Origin: Thermoflexus sp.
GTDB taxonomy: Bacteria; Chloroflexota; Anaerolineae; Aggregatilineales; Aggregatilineaceae
DNA: 64,000 nt
Direction of reading: 5' to 3'
NCBI GenBank assembly: GCA_020724465.1
Contig: DYGX01000006.1
Coordinates: 67,603 to 131,602 of the forward strand
Below are positions 1-9,122 of the stretch, piece by piece; positions within the stretch are counted from its first letter, which is position 1; each line of letters starts with the position of its first letter. Below the pieces are notes generated by a model that saw only the letters and a program-made list of their open reading frames with translations, did no database searches and was not told the DNA's origin. The position numbers were made by a program, and so were the translations under genes.

Positions 1-22
1 TGCATGGCGCGGATCTCTGGCG

Positions 23-946
23 TCACCCGTTCACGGCGTGGGGGTGATCGACGCGCACCAGGTCGAGCATCGCCGCGCGGGCGTTCGCCTCGACCTGCTC
101 GACCGACTTCATGCCGGGAATGACGCACGTCACAGCGGGGTGCATCAGGCACCAGGCCAGCGCCCAGGACGCCATATCCACGCCGGGCGGCAGCTCCATC
201 GCGCGGATGCGCTCAACCTCTTCCAGATTCTGCCGGACGCGCTCCTCTTTGAAGCGCGCGCGCACGTCGTTCGGCGCGAAGCGATCGCCGAGCCGGTACT
301 TGCCGCTCAGGAAGCCGCTCGCCAGCGGCACGCGGGCCAGCACGCCGAGATCCTGCTCCTGGCAGGCGGGCAGCACTTCGGCCTCGGCGGCGCGGTCGAG
401 CCGGTTGTAAACCACCTGGATCGCCTCGGCGCCGACCTCGCCGGCCCGCAGCGTCTGGTAGGTGTTGGTGTTGGGGCTGATCGACAGTCCGAGATGGCGG
501 ATCTTGCCGGCCCGCACCTGATCGTTGAGCATCTCCCACAGTTCGGGCTGGTCGAACGCCTCGTTGGGGCCGGAGTGGAACTGGTACAGATCGACATAGT
601 CAGTTTGCAGCGCGCGCAAGGACGCTTCAAGCTGCTCGCGAACCGCGTCGGGCGTCCACGCCTCGTCGCGGTCCAGGTGCCCGTTGAAACGGTGGCCGAA
701 CTTGGTCGCGATGATCCACTGCTCGCGCTGGCCCTTGATCGCCTCGCCGATCAGCGCCTCGGAGAGGTGATCGCCGTAGCACTCGGCCGTGTCGATCAGG
801 TTGATGCCCAGCTCCTGGGCGCGCCCGAGGATACGGTTGACGGACGCCTGGTCGAAGGCCATCCCCCACTCACCGCCGAACTGCCACGTCCCGACGCCGA
901 CGACGGACACCTCAAGCTCGGTGCGCCCTAAACGACGATATTTCAT
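23..946 (-). CDS. aldo/keto reductase family oxidoreductase
   Basis: Track ORF 23..982. Start taken at MKYRRLGRTELEVSVVGVGTWQFGG, a typical AKR N-terminus. Also has DTAECYG and LYQFH blocks. Confidence 0.85.
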   Translation of the reverse strand: MKYRRLGRTELEVSVVGVGTWQFGGEWGMAFDQASVNRILGRAQELGINLIDTAECYGDHLSEALIGEAIKGQREQWIIATKFGHRFNGHLDRDEAWTPDAVREQLEASLRALQTDYVDLYQFHSGPNEAFDQPELWEMLNDQVRAGKIRHLGLSISPNTNTYQTLRAGEVGAEAIQVVYNRLDRAAEAEVLPACQEQDLGVLARVPLASGFLSGKYRLGDRFAPNDVRARFKEERVRQNLEEVERIRAMELPPGVDMASWALAWCLMHPAVTCVIPGMKSVEQVEANARAAMLDLVRVDHPHAVNG

Positions 947-1173
947 AATCAATGGTCTCCTTTGCTCGATGAACACTCTCAAAAGTGATTATAGCGATCC
1001 GGAGAGTCCCGGCGCACGGTTGCGCCGGACCACACCGACGGCTTACAGTATAAGGTGACGATCGTAAGAATACTAATCGCCGCGCTCTGGGCTACCCCAT
1101 GTGGCGACCGGCGCCGCATGATCCCGAACACCGGAGCGCACAAGTACATGCGGCCGCCTGGCCGCGAGGACCT

Positions 1174-1875
1174 ATGCCCATCACCATCCGCGAGCTGCAC
1201 CGCTGGGACCTGACGCCTGCCGAAGCGATCGCGCTCCAGCACGAGCTGGCCCCGCAGATCGACACCGCGACACCGCTGCCGCTCGACGATCTGCGCCTGG
1301 TCGGCGGGATCGACGTCAGCGTCAGGGACAACATCAGCCGGGCAGCCGTCGTCGTGCTGAGCTACCCGGCGCTGGAAGTCGTCGAGCGCATCACGGCGGC
1401 CATCCCCACGCCCTTCCCCTACATCCCCGGCCTGCTGTCGTTCCGCGAGGGCGCGGTGATCGTGGACGCCCTGCGCCAACTGCGCGCCACGCCGGACGTG
1501 TTCATCGTCGACGGCCAGGGAATCGCGCACCCCCGCCGCATCGGGATCGCGTCGCACATCGGGCTGTGGATCGACGTGCCGACGGTCGGCTGTGGCAAGA
1601 CACGCCTGACCGGGACGCACGAGCCGGTCCCGCCCGCCAAAGGCGCCTGGACGCCGCTGATCGATCACGGCGAGATCATCGGGGGTGTGCTGCGCACGCG
1701 CGAGGCAGTCCATCCGGTGTTTGTCTCGGTGGGCAACCGCGCCACGCTCGAAACCGCGCTGGAACTGGTGCTGCGCTGCACCACCCGCTACCGCCTGCCG
1801 GAGCCGATCCGCGCCGCGCACAACACCGCCGGGCAGAGCGACGCCGCCCCGCCCGGCCAACTCCCGCTATGGTAA
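1174..1875 (+). CDS. nfi: endonuclease V (deoxyinosine 3' endonuclease)
   Basis: Blocks VGGIDVS, FPYIPGLLSFREG, FIVDGQGIAHPRRIGIASHIG and VGCGKTRL match the Nfi family. ATG at 1174 lies inside track ORF 1099..1875. Confidence 0.9.
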   Translation: MPITIRELHRWDLTPAEAIALQHELAPQIDTATPLPLDDLRLVGGIDVSVRDNISRAAVVVLSYPALEVVERITAAIPTPFPYIPGLLSFREGAVIVDALRQLRATPDVFIVDGQGIAHPRRIGIASHIGLWIDVPTVGCGKTRLTGTHEPVPPAKGAWTPLIDHGEIIGGVLRTREAVHPVFVSVGNRATLETALELVLRCTTRYRLPEPIRAAHNTAGQSDAAPPGQLPLW

Positions 1876-1893
1876 ACGACCCCTTGCGGCGCG

Positions 1894-2844
1894 TCAGGGC
1901 CGCTCGCCGATCGTGACCGGCCGCTCCTGCACCTCGCCGCCGCGCACGATGCGCGCCGTGACCGTCTGCCCGACGCGATCCGCGCTGAGGGCTGCCTGCA
2001 GGTCGTCCATGTGGCGGATGCGCTGGTCGCCCAGCGCCACAAGCGTATCGCCGAGCAGCAGACCGGCCTGGTCCGCCGGGCTGCCCGGCTCCACGCTGAC
2101 CAGCAGCAGACCGGTCTCCTGGCCCAGCGCGGCGGCCAGAGCGTCCGGCAGGCGCACCGGCTGCGAGCCAATCCCCAGAAAGCCGCGCCGCACGCGCCCG
2201 TGCGCCAGCAGCGCCTCAACCACGCGCCGCAGCGTCGCCGCCGGGACGGTCAGGCTGGCGCCGCGCAACAGCGCCGATGTGTTCAGCCCGATCACCTCGC
2301 CCGCCGCGTTGAGCAGCGGACCGCCCGAAAAGCCGGGGTACATGACCAGATCGGACATGATGTAGCGGTCCACATAGCCACCCGCCGGGGTTCGCCAGCC
2401 ATCTTCCAGCGCGCTGAGCAGGCCCAGCGACGCCTGGAGCGTGTCGTCGGGCCGCCCAAGCGCCAGCACAAGCTGGCCCACGCGCAGGGTCGCGCCGTCC
2501 GCCCACCTGGGGGGTGTAAGATCGCCGGCCTGGACGCGCAGCACAGCCAGGTCGGTGCTGGGGTCGCGGCCCACCAGCGACGCCGCGAGGGTGCGCCCGT
2601 CCGCCAGCCCGACGGTGATCCCCTCGTCGCGCCGGACGGTGTGATGCGAGGCCACAATCACCCCGTCGCCCGACCAGACAATGCCGGACGCGGGGAAGCG
2701 CCGCCGCGCATCAACCCGCACCACGACCGGGCTGGCGCTTTCGACCGCGGCGGCCAGATCGTTCGATATCTGCTCAAGCATACTCGCCACTGATTCGCTC
2801 TCCTGGCGCTGCGCGCCACTGTGTTGTTTCCGGTTTGATTCCAA
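1894..2844 (-). CDS. HtrA/S1C-like trypsin-fold serine protease with C-terminal PDZ domain
   Basis: Triad contexts ASHHTV, DLAVLRV and GFSGGPLL. PDZ-like GSPADQAGLLLGDTLVALGD. No obvious signal peptide; the start could also be the internal MLEQ at 2781. Confidence 0.8.
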   Translation of the reverse strand: MESNRKQHSGAQRQESESVASMLEQISNDLAAAVESASPVVVRVDARRRFPASGIVWSGDGVIVASHHTVRRDEGITVGLADGRTLAASLVGRDPSTDLAVLRVQAGDLTPPRWADGATLRVGQLVLALGRPDDTLQASLGLLSALEDGWRTPAGGYVDRYIMSDLVMYPGFSGGPLLNAAGEVIGLNTSALLRGASLTVPAATLRRVVEALLAHGRVRRGFLGIGSQPVRLPDALAAALGQETGLLLVSVEPGSPADQAGLLLGDTLVALGDQRIRHMDDLQAALSADRVGQTVTARIVRGGEVQERPVTIGERP

Positions 2845-2911
2845 GGATAGCCCGGCACCCGCGGCGCGAGATCAGCTTTCCGAGGAGATCAGCCCCGACC
2901 GAATGGGCAGG

Positions 2912-3556
2912 TCAGGCGGTCAGCAGGCCCAGCCGGATCGCCAGGACAACCGCTTCGGTGCGGCTCTGCGCGCCCAGCTTGCCGAGGATCGCGTTGAGGT
3001 GAAACTTGACGGTATGCTCGCTGATGCCCAACCGCTGCGCGATGGCGCGGTTCGCCAGCCCTTCGGCCAACAGCGCCAGCACGTCCATCTCGCGCGGGGT
3101 CAGGCGGTCGATAGGCGCGCGGGCAGCCGAAGGTGAAAGCCCTGGCTCCAGCAGTGAATCGAACAGCGCGGGATCGAACACCGCCAGGCCGGCACACACC
3201 GCCTGCAAGGCGGCGGCGAGCTTCTCCGGCTCGACCGAGCGAGGCAGCAGACCGCGCACCCCCGCCGCCCACAGCGGCGCGCTCAGCCCTGCCTCAGGGA
3301 TCAGCACGACCAGCGGCGGCGCGGCAGCATCCCATTCGGCCAGCGCCTGGGGCAGCTCGTCCGCGTCCCAGCCGACATCCCACACCACCGCGTCCGGCCG
3401 GTAGAGCGCCAGCGCCGCGTCGGGATCGTCCGCTCCGGACGCCTGCCCGACGACCGTACAGCCTTCCTGCCCGGCCAACAGCGCGGCCAGCCCGGCGCGC
3501 GCCAGCGGGTCATCTGCCACGATCAGCACGCGTATCTCGTCCATACGCCCAATCAT
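2912..3556 (-). CDS. NarL/FixJ (LuxR-type HTH) response regulator with atypical receiver
   Basis: Receiver RVLIVADDP ... VVWDVGWD. C-terminal LuxR HTH LTPREMDVLALLAEGLANRAIAQRLGISEHTVKFHLNAILGKLG. Start is ATG 3556 or 3544. Confidence 0.85.
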   Translation of the reverse strand: MIGRMDEIRVLIVADDPLARAGLAALLAGQEGCTVVGQASGADDPDAALALYRPDAVVWDVGWDADELPQALAEWDAAAPPLVVLIPEAGLSAPLWAAGVRGLLPRSVEPEKLAAALQAVCAGLAVFDPALFDSLLEPGLSPSAARAPIDRLTPREMDVLALLAEGLANRAIAQRLGISEHTVKFHLNAILGKLGAQSRTEAVVLAIRLGLLTA

Positions 3557-3836
3557 AGACGCTGGCGCGGACGCACGGCAACCGCTCGCTGCAGCCAGGC
3601 TAAGGACGAGCCGCATTTATGAAGTTTGCCTTAATAATATCTCACGACTCGGCCATTTGCGGCTATACTGTGGGGTGTAGGATGTGTTCGCGCGTGGGGG
3701 GCAGGCGCGCGCTGTGTGCGGGGTGAGCTTGGGGACGCTGAATAGCCCAAAACTCCGATTTACGCCGCTGCCGCCCCGCGCTATAACTCATCGCCGCACG
3801 CACCGTTGAGACGATCCAGGCGGGCCAGGCAGCATC

Positions 3837-5783
3837 ATGAGCGTAAACCGGCTGTCCATCGCGCCATCCACAGCCTTTCACACCCAGGGGCCGCTCCCGC
3901 CAGACGCAGCCCACCTGTACGTGCTGCGCCCGGCTGATACGCTGCTGGAAAAGCTGATCGACCGGCGCGAAACGATCGCCCTCATCGGCCCGCGACTGAG
4001 CGGCAAGTCCAGCATGCTGCTGCGCCAGTGGGCGCGGCTGCGCGCCTCGCCGCGTGTCGTTCCCGTCTACATTGCGCTGGGAACGCTGCAACACCTCACC
4101 GAGCCGGAATGGTACGCTCAGCTTCACGCTCGTCTGGCGCAGCAGGCGGGCATTGACCTCCTGCCGCCGGACCCCGGCGCGCCGCAGGCGCTCGTCTTTC
4201 AGGCCACGATCGTGGACGCGCTGGAAGGGCCGCTGCGCGGCAGGACGCTGGTCATCATGCTCGATCAGGTTGAGGCGGTGCCCCCGGCCTTCGGCGCAGC
4301 GTTCTTCGCCACCCTGCGCGAGATGGCCGTCAACCGCTGGATGGAGCCGGCCCTGCAGAACGTCGCCTTTGTGCTGGCCGGGCGCTTCATGCCCGACGAT
4401 CTGATCCGGAACCCGACCATCTCGCCCTTTCGCGTGGCGGAGACCGTCTACGTCTCCGACGCCGATCTCGAAGCGCTGACGTATCTGGTCGCGCAGCTTG
4501 CCGCCGAGACGCGCCAGATCGCCTCAGACGTCCCTGAGCGCATCTTCGAGTGGACCGAGGGGGACATCTACCTGACGCACCGGCTGTGCGCCGCGCTGGC
4601 GCAGGACGTGCCCGAAGGCGCGGTGCTGCTGGCGGACGTCGATCGCGCCGTGCGCCGCCATCTGTTCGAGGACGAGCTGTTCGGCCGCATGTGGCGCCAG
4701 ATCCAGGCCGATCCGGACGTCAGCGCGCTGGTCGCGACGCTGCTGCATCACCGCGAAACGGTGCGCTTCACCCTGCTCCAGCGCCCTATCATGCAGGCGT
4801 GGCTCGAAGGCGCCGTCCGGCCGGACCCGCTGGGCAACTGTGTGTTGCGCAGCCTGGTGCACGAGAGCGTCTTCTTCGCGCTGCAAAAAAGCGGCGCGCG
4901 TGCCGAGCGCGCGCGCCGTCCCGCGCTGTACGGCCGCCCCGGCGACGAGGGTGTGCTGCATGGCCGCTACCGCATCGATCACGTCATCCATCCAGGAATG
5001 ACCAGCTACGTCTACCGCGGCACCGACCTGGGCACAGGCGAGATGGTGGCGATCAAGCAGCTCATGGTCTCGCGTGAGATGAACGAGATGGCCTGGCATC
5101 GCTTCCAGCGCGAGGCCGAGGCGCTCAAGCAGCTCGACCATCCCAATATCGTCCGCCTGCGCGACGCCTTTCGTGACGACGATTTCGAGTACATCGTGAT
5201 GGAATACGTCTACGGCGGCTCGCTCTTCGACCGGCTCAACCGCGAGGGGCGGCTGCCGCTGCGCCAGGTACTGCTGATCGCCGAGCAGCTTGCCAGCGCG
5301 CTCGAGCACGCCCACGCGCGCGGCATCATCCACCGCGACGTCAAGCCGTCCAACATCATGCTGACGGTGGATTACACGCCCCTGCTGGCGGATTTCGGCA
5401 TCGCCCGGCTCACCGGCACCTCGACCGTCACCCAGCCGCGCACGCTGATCGGCACCACGCCCTACCTCAGCCCGGAAGCCTGCCTGGGCGATCCGGTGGA
5501 CGCCCGCGGCGATCTCTGGTCACTGGGCATCATCCTCTACGAGATGCTGGCCGGGTCCGTCCCGTTCACTGGCCGGACGGACGAGCAGATCGCCCGCGCC
5601 ATCCTCGACAACCCGCTGCCCGATCTGCGCGCCATCCGCCCGGACGTGCCCGATGCCATCGTCGCCCTGCTGAACGACATCCTCGCCAAGCACCCCGCCG
5701 ACCGGATCGCATCCGCCCGCGCCGTTCACGACCGGCTGCGCGCGCTGCGTGCGGCGCTGAACGGCGACAGCCGGGGGCGCTAG
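3837..5783 (+). CDS. AAA-like NTPase domain fused to C-terminal Hanks-type Ser/Thr protein kinase
   Basis: N-terminal Walker A GPRLSGKSS and Walker-B-like LVIMLDQVE. C-terminal kinase blocks VAIKQL, HRDVKPSNIM, DFGIARL and TPYLSPE. Confidence 0.85.
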   Translation: MSVNRLSIAPSTAFHTQGPLPPDAAHLYVLRPADTLLEKLIDRRETIALIGPRLSGKSSMLLRQWARLRASPRVVPVYIALGTLQHLTEPEWYAQLHARLAQQAGIDLLPPDPGAPQALVFQATIVDALEGPLRGRTLVIMLDQVEAVPPAFGAAFFATLREMAVNRWMEPALQNVAFVLAGRFMPDDLIRNPTISPFRVAETVYVSDADLEALTYLVAQLAAETRQIASDVPERIFEWTEGDIYLTHRLCAALAQDVPEGAVLLADVDRAVRRHLFEDELFGRMWRQIQADPDVSALVATLLHHRETVRFTLLQRPIMQAWLEGAVRPDPLGNCVLRSLVHESVFFALQKSGARAERARRPALYGRPGDEGVLHGRYRIDHVIHPGMTSYVYRGTDLGTGEMVAIKQLMVSREMNEMAWHRFQREAEALKQLDHPNIVRLRDAFRDDDFEYIVMEYVYGGSLFDRLNREGRLPLRQVLLIAEQLASALEHAHARGIIHRDVKPSNIMLTVDYTPLLADFGIARLTGTSTVTQPRTLIGTTPYLSPEACLGDPVDARGDLWSLGIILYEMLAGSVPFTGRTDEQIARAILDNPLPDLRAIRPDVPDAIVALLNDILAKHPADRIASARAVHDRLRALRAALNGDSRGR

Positions 5784-5787
5784 GGCA

Positions 5788-5889
5788 TCCCAACCCCCCG
5801 GCCCCTCGCGCGAGGGGAAGCGCGCGGCACATGAAAGCCCCTCTCCCCGCGACACCGTCGCAGAGGGAGAGGGGTTTGGGGTGAGGGGA
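5788..5889. repeat. intergenic dual-hairpin repeat, copy A
   Basis: The 50-nt core 5836-5885 is identical to 36271-36320 and near-identical, inverted, to 45612-45661. Internal hairpins are CCCCTCGCGCGAGGGG and CCCCTCTCC..GCGAC..GTCGC..GGAGAGGGG. Confidence 0.85.
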
Positions 5890-5934
5890 ATGATGCCCGC
5901 CCTCCACACAATTAATCCAAAAAGGAAACCGCCC

Positions 5935-7524
5935 CTATTCCGGCGGATCGACGCGGTATAACTCCAGCGCGACTCCGCCGAACGGCCGCTCGAAACGCGC
6001 CACCCGCTCGCGCCGCACCGGCAGCCGGTTGAGGTCCACAAAGGGCGCGTCCGGCTCCGCCAGCAGATACGTCACCGTCTCGGACGCGAAGAAGTGCGCC
6101 AGATCGGCGGTCACCGCGTCGAGGTGCTCGCCTTGCCAGCCGAAGAACGGGCACTTCAGGTTGACCGCGCCGTCTTCGGGCAGATAGAGGCGCAGCGCGT
6201 GACAGCCGACGATGGTGCTGACGACCGGCACGCGCCCGCTGGTTGAGGAACGCGGCAGAGTCTGCATTGCCTCGACCGCCTCGCGCCAGCCAAAGCCCGC
6301 CGAGAAATTGGTGTAATATTCCCAGCGGTCGTGTTCGGGCAGGCGCAGGGCCAGCGGGTCGTTCCAGGCGTTCCAGGCGAAGGGCAGCGCGATCGCCGCG
6401 CTCCACACCCCGATCGTCCCCGCCAGCGCGGCGCGGGCCAGTCCGCCCCCGGCCCGCCGTGCCAGCGCGCCCGAAGCGCCCCACAGGCCGGCCGCCACCC
6501 ACACCAGCAGCGGCGGGATGCCCAGCAGCCAGTAGCGGTTGGACGGATCGGGCGAGAGGGCCAGGATGATGCTCCACGGCAGCAGCGTGCACCCCGCCAG
6601 ATAGAGCGCGGGCCGCCGCCAGCGCCAGAGCGCCCAGGCCGCCGCGCCCAGCGCCGCGATCACCGCCGCCGGGCCGTGGAACCCGGCCAGCGTCTCACCC
6701 AGCGCAGGGATGTTGGCCGCAAGCACCCGCCCGAACCCGCTCGTCACAAACAGGTTGGTGCCCACCAGCAGCACCGGCTCTTGCTGCACCTGGCGGAAGA
6801 CCGGGAACAGCATGAACGGCAACCCGCTGATCAGGTTAAAAGCGTAGGCGGTCGCCAGCGCGGGCCAGTAGCGCGGCGCGACGATCCGCGCCAGCCGCGC
6901 CCGCCAGCCGGAACCAGCCGGCGCGCTGTCGCGCTCGCCCAGCGTCCAGATCGCCGCCACAGAGGCCAGCGCGAAGGGCGCAGCGGTCAGCTTGGCGAGC
7001 ACCGCCAGGGATACGAACAGGCCGCTCAGCAGCCCGGCGCGCGGCGTGGGCCGCCGCGCCAGCCGGATCCCGGCCCAGACGGCCAGCATCCCGAAGGCGG
7101 CGGCGAGCTGGTCCGCCAGAATCATGCGCTCGTAGAAGACGAGATAGGGCGAGAGGGCATACAACAGCAGCGCCAGAACCCCCACTGCGTGCCCGAACAG
7201 CGCCCGCCCCACGCGGTACGTCGCCGCCGCGCCGATCAGGATCGCCAGCGCGTAGACCAGCCGCCCGCCGTGCAGCGCGTCGAGCCGGTCGAAGCCGAAC
7301 GCGCCCAGCCAGTAATAGCCGAGCAGCTTGCCCGCGGTGAACGACACCGGATCGTCGAAGCGCCACACGATCTCGCTGCGGCGGATGTGCAGCGATTCAT
7401 CGTTGAAGGCGGGCATCGCCAGGGCGTTGTGCGCCCGCACGAAGAACGCGACCAGCAGCAGCGCGACGATCACCATCAGATGCGGTGCGCCCAGCGGGCG
7501 ATCGCGAGCGGCGGGTGGAGTCAC
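5935..7524 (-). CDS. GT-C fold glycosyltransferase (PMT/ArnT-like, GT39/GT83-type) membrane protein
   Basis: Many hydrophobic helices, with a first-loop acidic motif PAFNDESLH. RBS GAGGAG sits 6 nt before GTG 7524. Paralogous to the next gene. Confidence 0.7.
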   Translation of the reverse strand: MTPPAARDRPLGAPHLMVIVALLLVAFFVRAHNALAMPAFNDESLHIRRSEIVWRFDDPVSFTAGKLLGYYWLGAFGFDRLDALHGGRLVYALAILIGAAATYRVGRALFGHAVGVLALLLYALSPYLVFYERMILADQLAAAFGMLAVWAGIRLARRPTPRAGLLSGLFVSLAVLAKLTAAPFALASVAAIWTLGERDSAPAGSGWRARLARIVAPRYWPALATAYAFNLISGLPFMLFPVFRQVQQEPVLLVGTNLFVTSGFGRVLAANIPALGETLAGFHGPAAVIAALGAAAWALWRWRRPALYLAGCTLLPWSIILALSPDPSNRYWLLGIPPLLVWVAAGLWGASGALARRAGGGLARAALAGTIGVWSAAIALPFAWNAWNDPLALRLPEHDRWEYYTNFSAGFGWREAVEAMQTLPRSSTSGRVPVVSTIVGCHALRLYLPEDGAVNLKCPFFGWQGEHLDAVTADLAHFFASETVTYLLAEPDAPFVDLNRLPVRRERVARFERPFGGVALELYRVDPPE

Positions 7525-7534
7525 CGTCTTCTCC

Positions 7535-9079
7535 TCACTCTGCCAGCGCGATCCGGTACAGGCGCACGGGGACGCCCCCGCGCGGGCGGGGATACTCGCG
7601 CAGCAGCGTCCAGGTGAACGGCAGGCGCTCCAGGTCGTACACGCCCAGCCGCTCGACCGCCATGTACAGCACCGGCTCGCGCTCTGCCCAGGCGATCAGG
7701 TGCATGGTCATCTCGTCCTGCGCGGCCGTGTTCCACATGAACAGCGGGCAATCCAGCGCGACGCGGTTGGGCGCCGTCCAGTACAAGGGCAGCGAGTGGC
7801 ACGCCGGCAGCCAGCCGATCACCGGGATGCGCCCATCCTCGCCCGGCGGCAGATCCGGCAGGTCGCGCGCCAGGTCGCGCAGCGCGTAGCCCGACGAGGT
7901 GTTGGTGAGGTATTCCCACGTGTCGCGTGCGGGCAGCGCCAGCCCCGCCGGATCGTCGATCGCCTGCCGGGCGAAGGGCACGGCGAAGGCGACCGCCCAT
8001 AGCCCCAACGCGATCCCCGCAGCCAGAGCCAGTCGCGGCGCGCGGCGGGATAGCTCGCGCGTGCCCCCGGCGGCGATGGCCAGCAGGAACGGCACGCCCA
8101 ACACCAGGTAGCGCGTCGAAAGCTGTGCCGCCACCAGGATGACGCCCGTCCAGGGCAGCAGCACCCCCGCCAGCAGGAAGATCAGCGCCCGGGGCCGCCA
8201 GCGCACCAGCGCCGCGCCGAGCAGAACGCTCAGCCCTGCCAGCCCCGGCGAGAGGAACGCGCTCGCGGCGCGGGCCGTCTGCTCCAGGTTGGCCGCGATC
8301 TGTGCCGGGCGATCATCGGTGCTGTACAGCCCTTCCTCGATCACGACGCGATCCTTCGTGCCGCCGATCTCCTGCACCAGCACATAACCGAGCGAGGGCC
8401 CCAGCGCCAGCGCGCACGCCAGCCCGGCGGCGATCAGCGGGCGCCGATACCGCGACGCGCTCAGGGCACGCCAGCCGCCCGGCGCCCGGAGCGCGATTGC
8501 CAGCGGGATCAGCGCGCCAAGCGGCAGCGCGATCAGCTTGGCGAGCGCCGCCGCACCCAGCAGCAGCCCGGCCACGGCTCCGCGCCCTTCCGAAGGACGC
8601 GCCGCCAGCCGCAGCGCGGCGATCGCCAGCGCGACGCCGATCGCCGCCGTGAACGCGTCCGCCAGCGCCAGCCGCTCGAAGAACAGCATAAACGGCGCCA
8701 GCGCGTAGAGTGCCAGCGCGATCAGCCCCGCCGCCCGGTCGAACAGCCGCCGCGCCAGGGCATAGGTCAGCGCCCCGCCCAGCGGCGCCCACAGTGCAGT
8801 CGCCACGCGCGCCAGCCAGGCGCTCTCCGGCGCGTTCAGCCCAAACAGGCCGAGCCAGTAATAGAACAGCAGCTTCTTGGGGTTGAGCGACTCGCCCAGG
8901 TCGGAGAACTGCCACACCACCCGCCCGCGCAAAATATGCAGGCTTTCGTCCACAAAAACGGGCATTGCGAGCGGGCGGTGCGCGCGCAAAGCAAACAGCA
9001 GCGCGAGCAGAACCGCCGCCGCCAGCAGATGCGCGGCGGCAAGGCGAGAGCGGAGAACGGCGCGGGCCGGAGCGGTCAC
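7535..9079 (-). CDS. GT-C fold glycosyltransferase (PMT/ArnT-like) membrane protein, tandem paralog
   Basis: Same layout as 5935..7524 (PVFVDESLH; shared C-terminal CH.L.LY...L.CP.F.W ... LYR block). Start set at GTG 9079, because the track ORF N-terminus overlaps the upstream gene and is Arg/Cys/Gly-rich. Confidence 0.65.
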   Translation of the reverse strand: MTAPARAVLRSRLAAAHLLAAAVLLALLFALRAHRPLAMPVFVDESLHILRGRVVWQFSDLGESLNPKKLLFYYWLGLFGLNAPESAWLARVATALWAPLGGALTYALARRLFDRAAGLIALALYALAPFMLFFERLALADAFTAAIGVALAIAALRLAARPSEGRGAVAGLLLGAAALAKLIALPLGALIPLAIALRAPGGWRALSASRYRRPLIAAGLACALALGPSLGYVLVQEIGGTKDRVVIEEGLYSTDDRPAQIAANLEQTARAASAFLSPGLAGLSVLLGAALVRWRPRALIFLLAGVLLPWTGVILVAAQLSTRYLVLGVPFLLAIAAGGTRELSRRAPRLALAAGIALGLWAVAFAVPFARQAIDDPAGLALPARDTWEYLTNTSSGYALRDLARDLPDLPPGEDGRIPVIGWLPACHSLPLYWTAPNRVALDCPLFMWNTAAQDEMTMHLIAWAEREPVLYMAVERLGVYDLERLPFTWTLLREYPRPRGGVPVRLYRIALAE

Positions 9080-9122
9080 GATGGACGAGCCATTTCCTGG
9101 TGCGCGGCGGCCCGGCAGCGGA

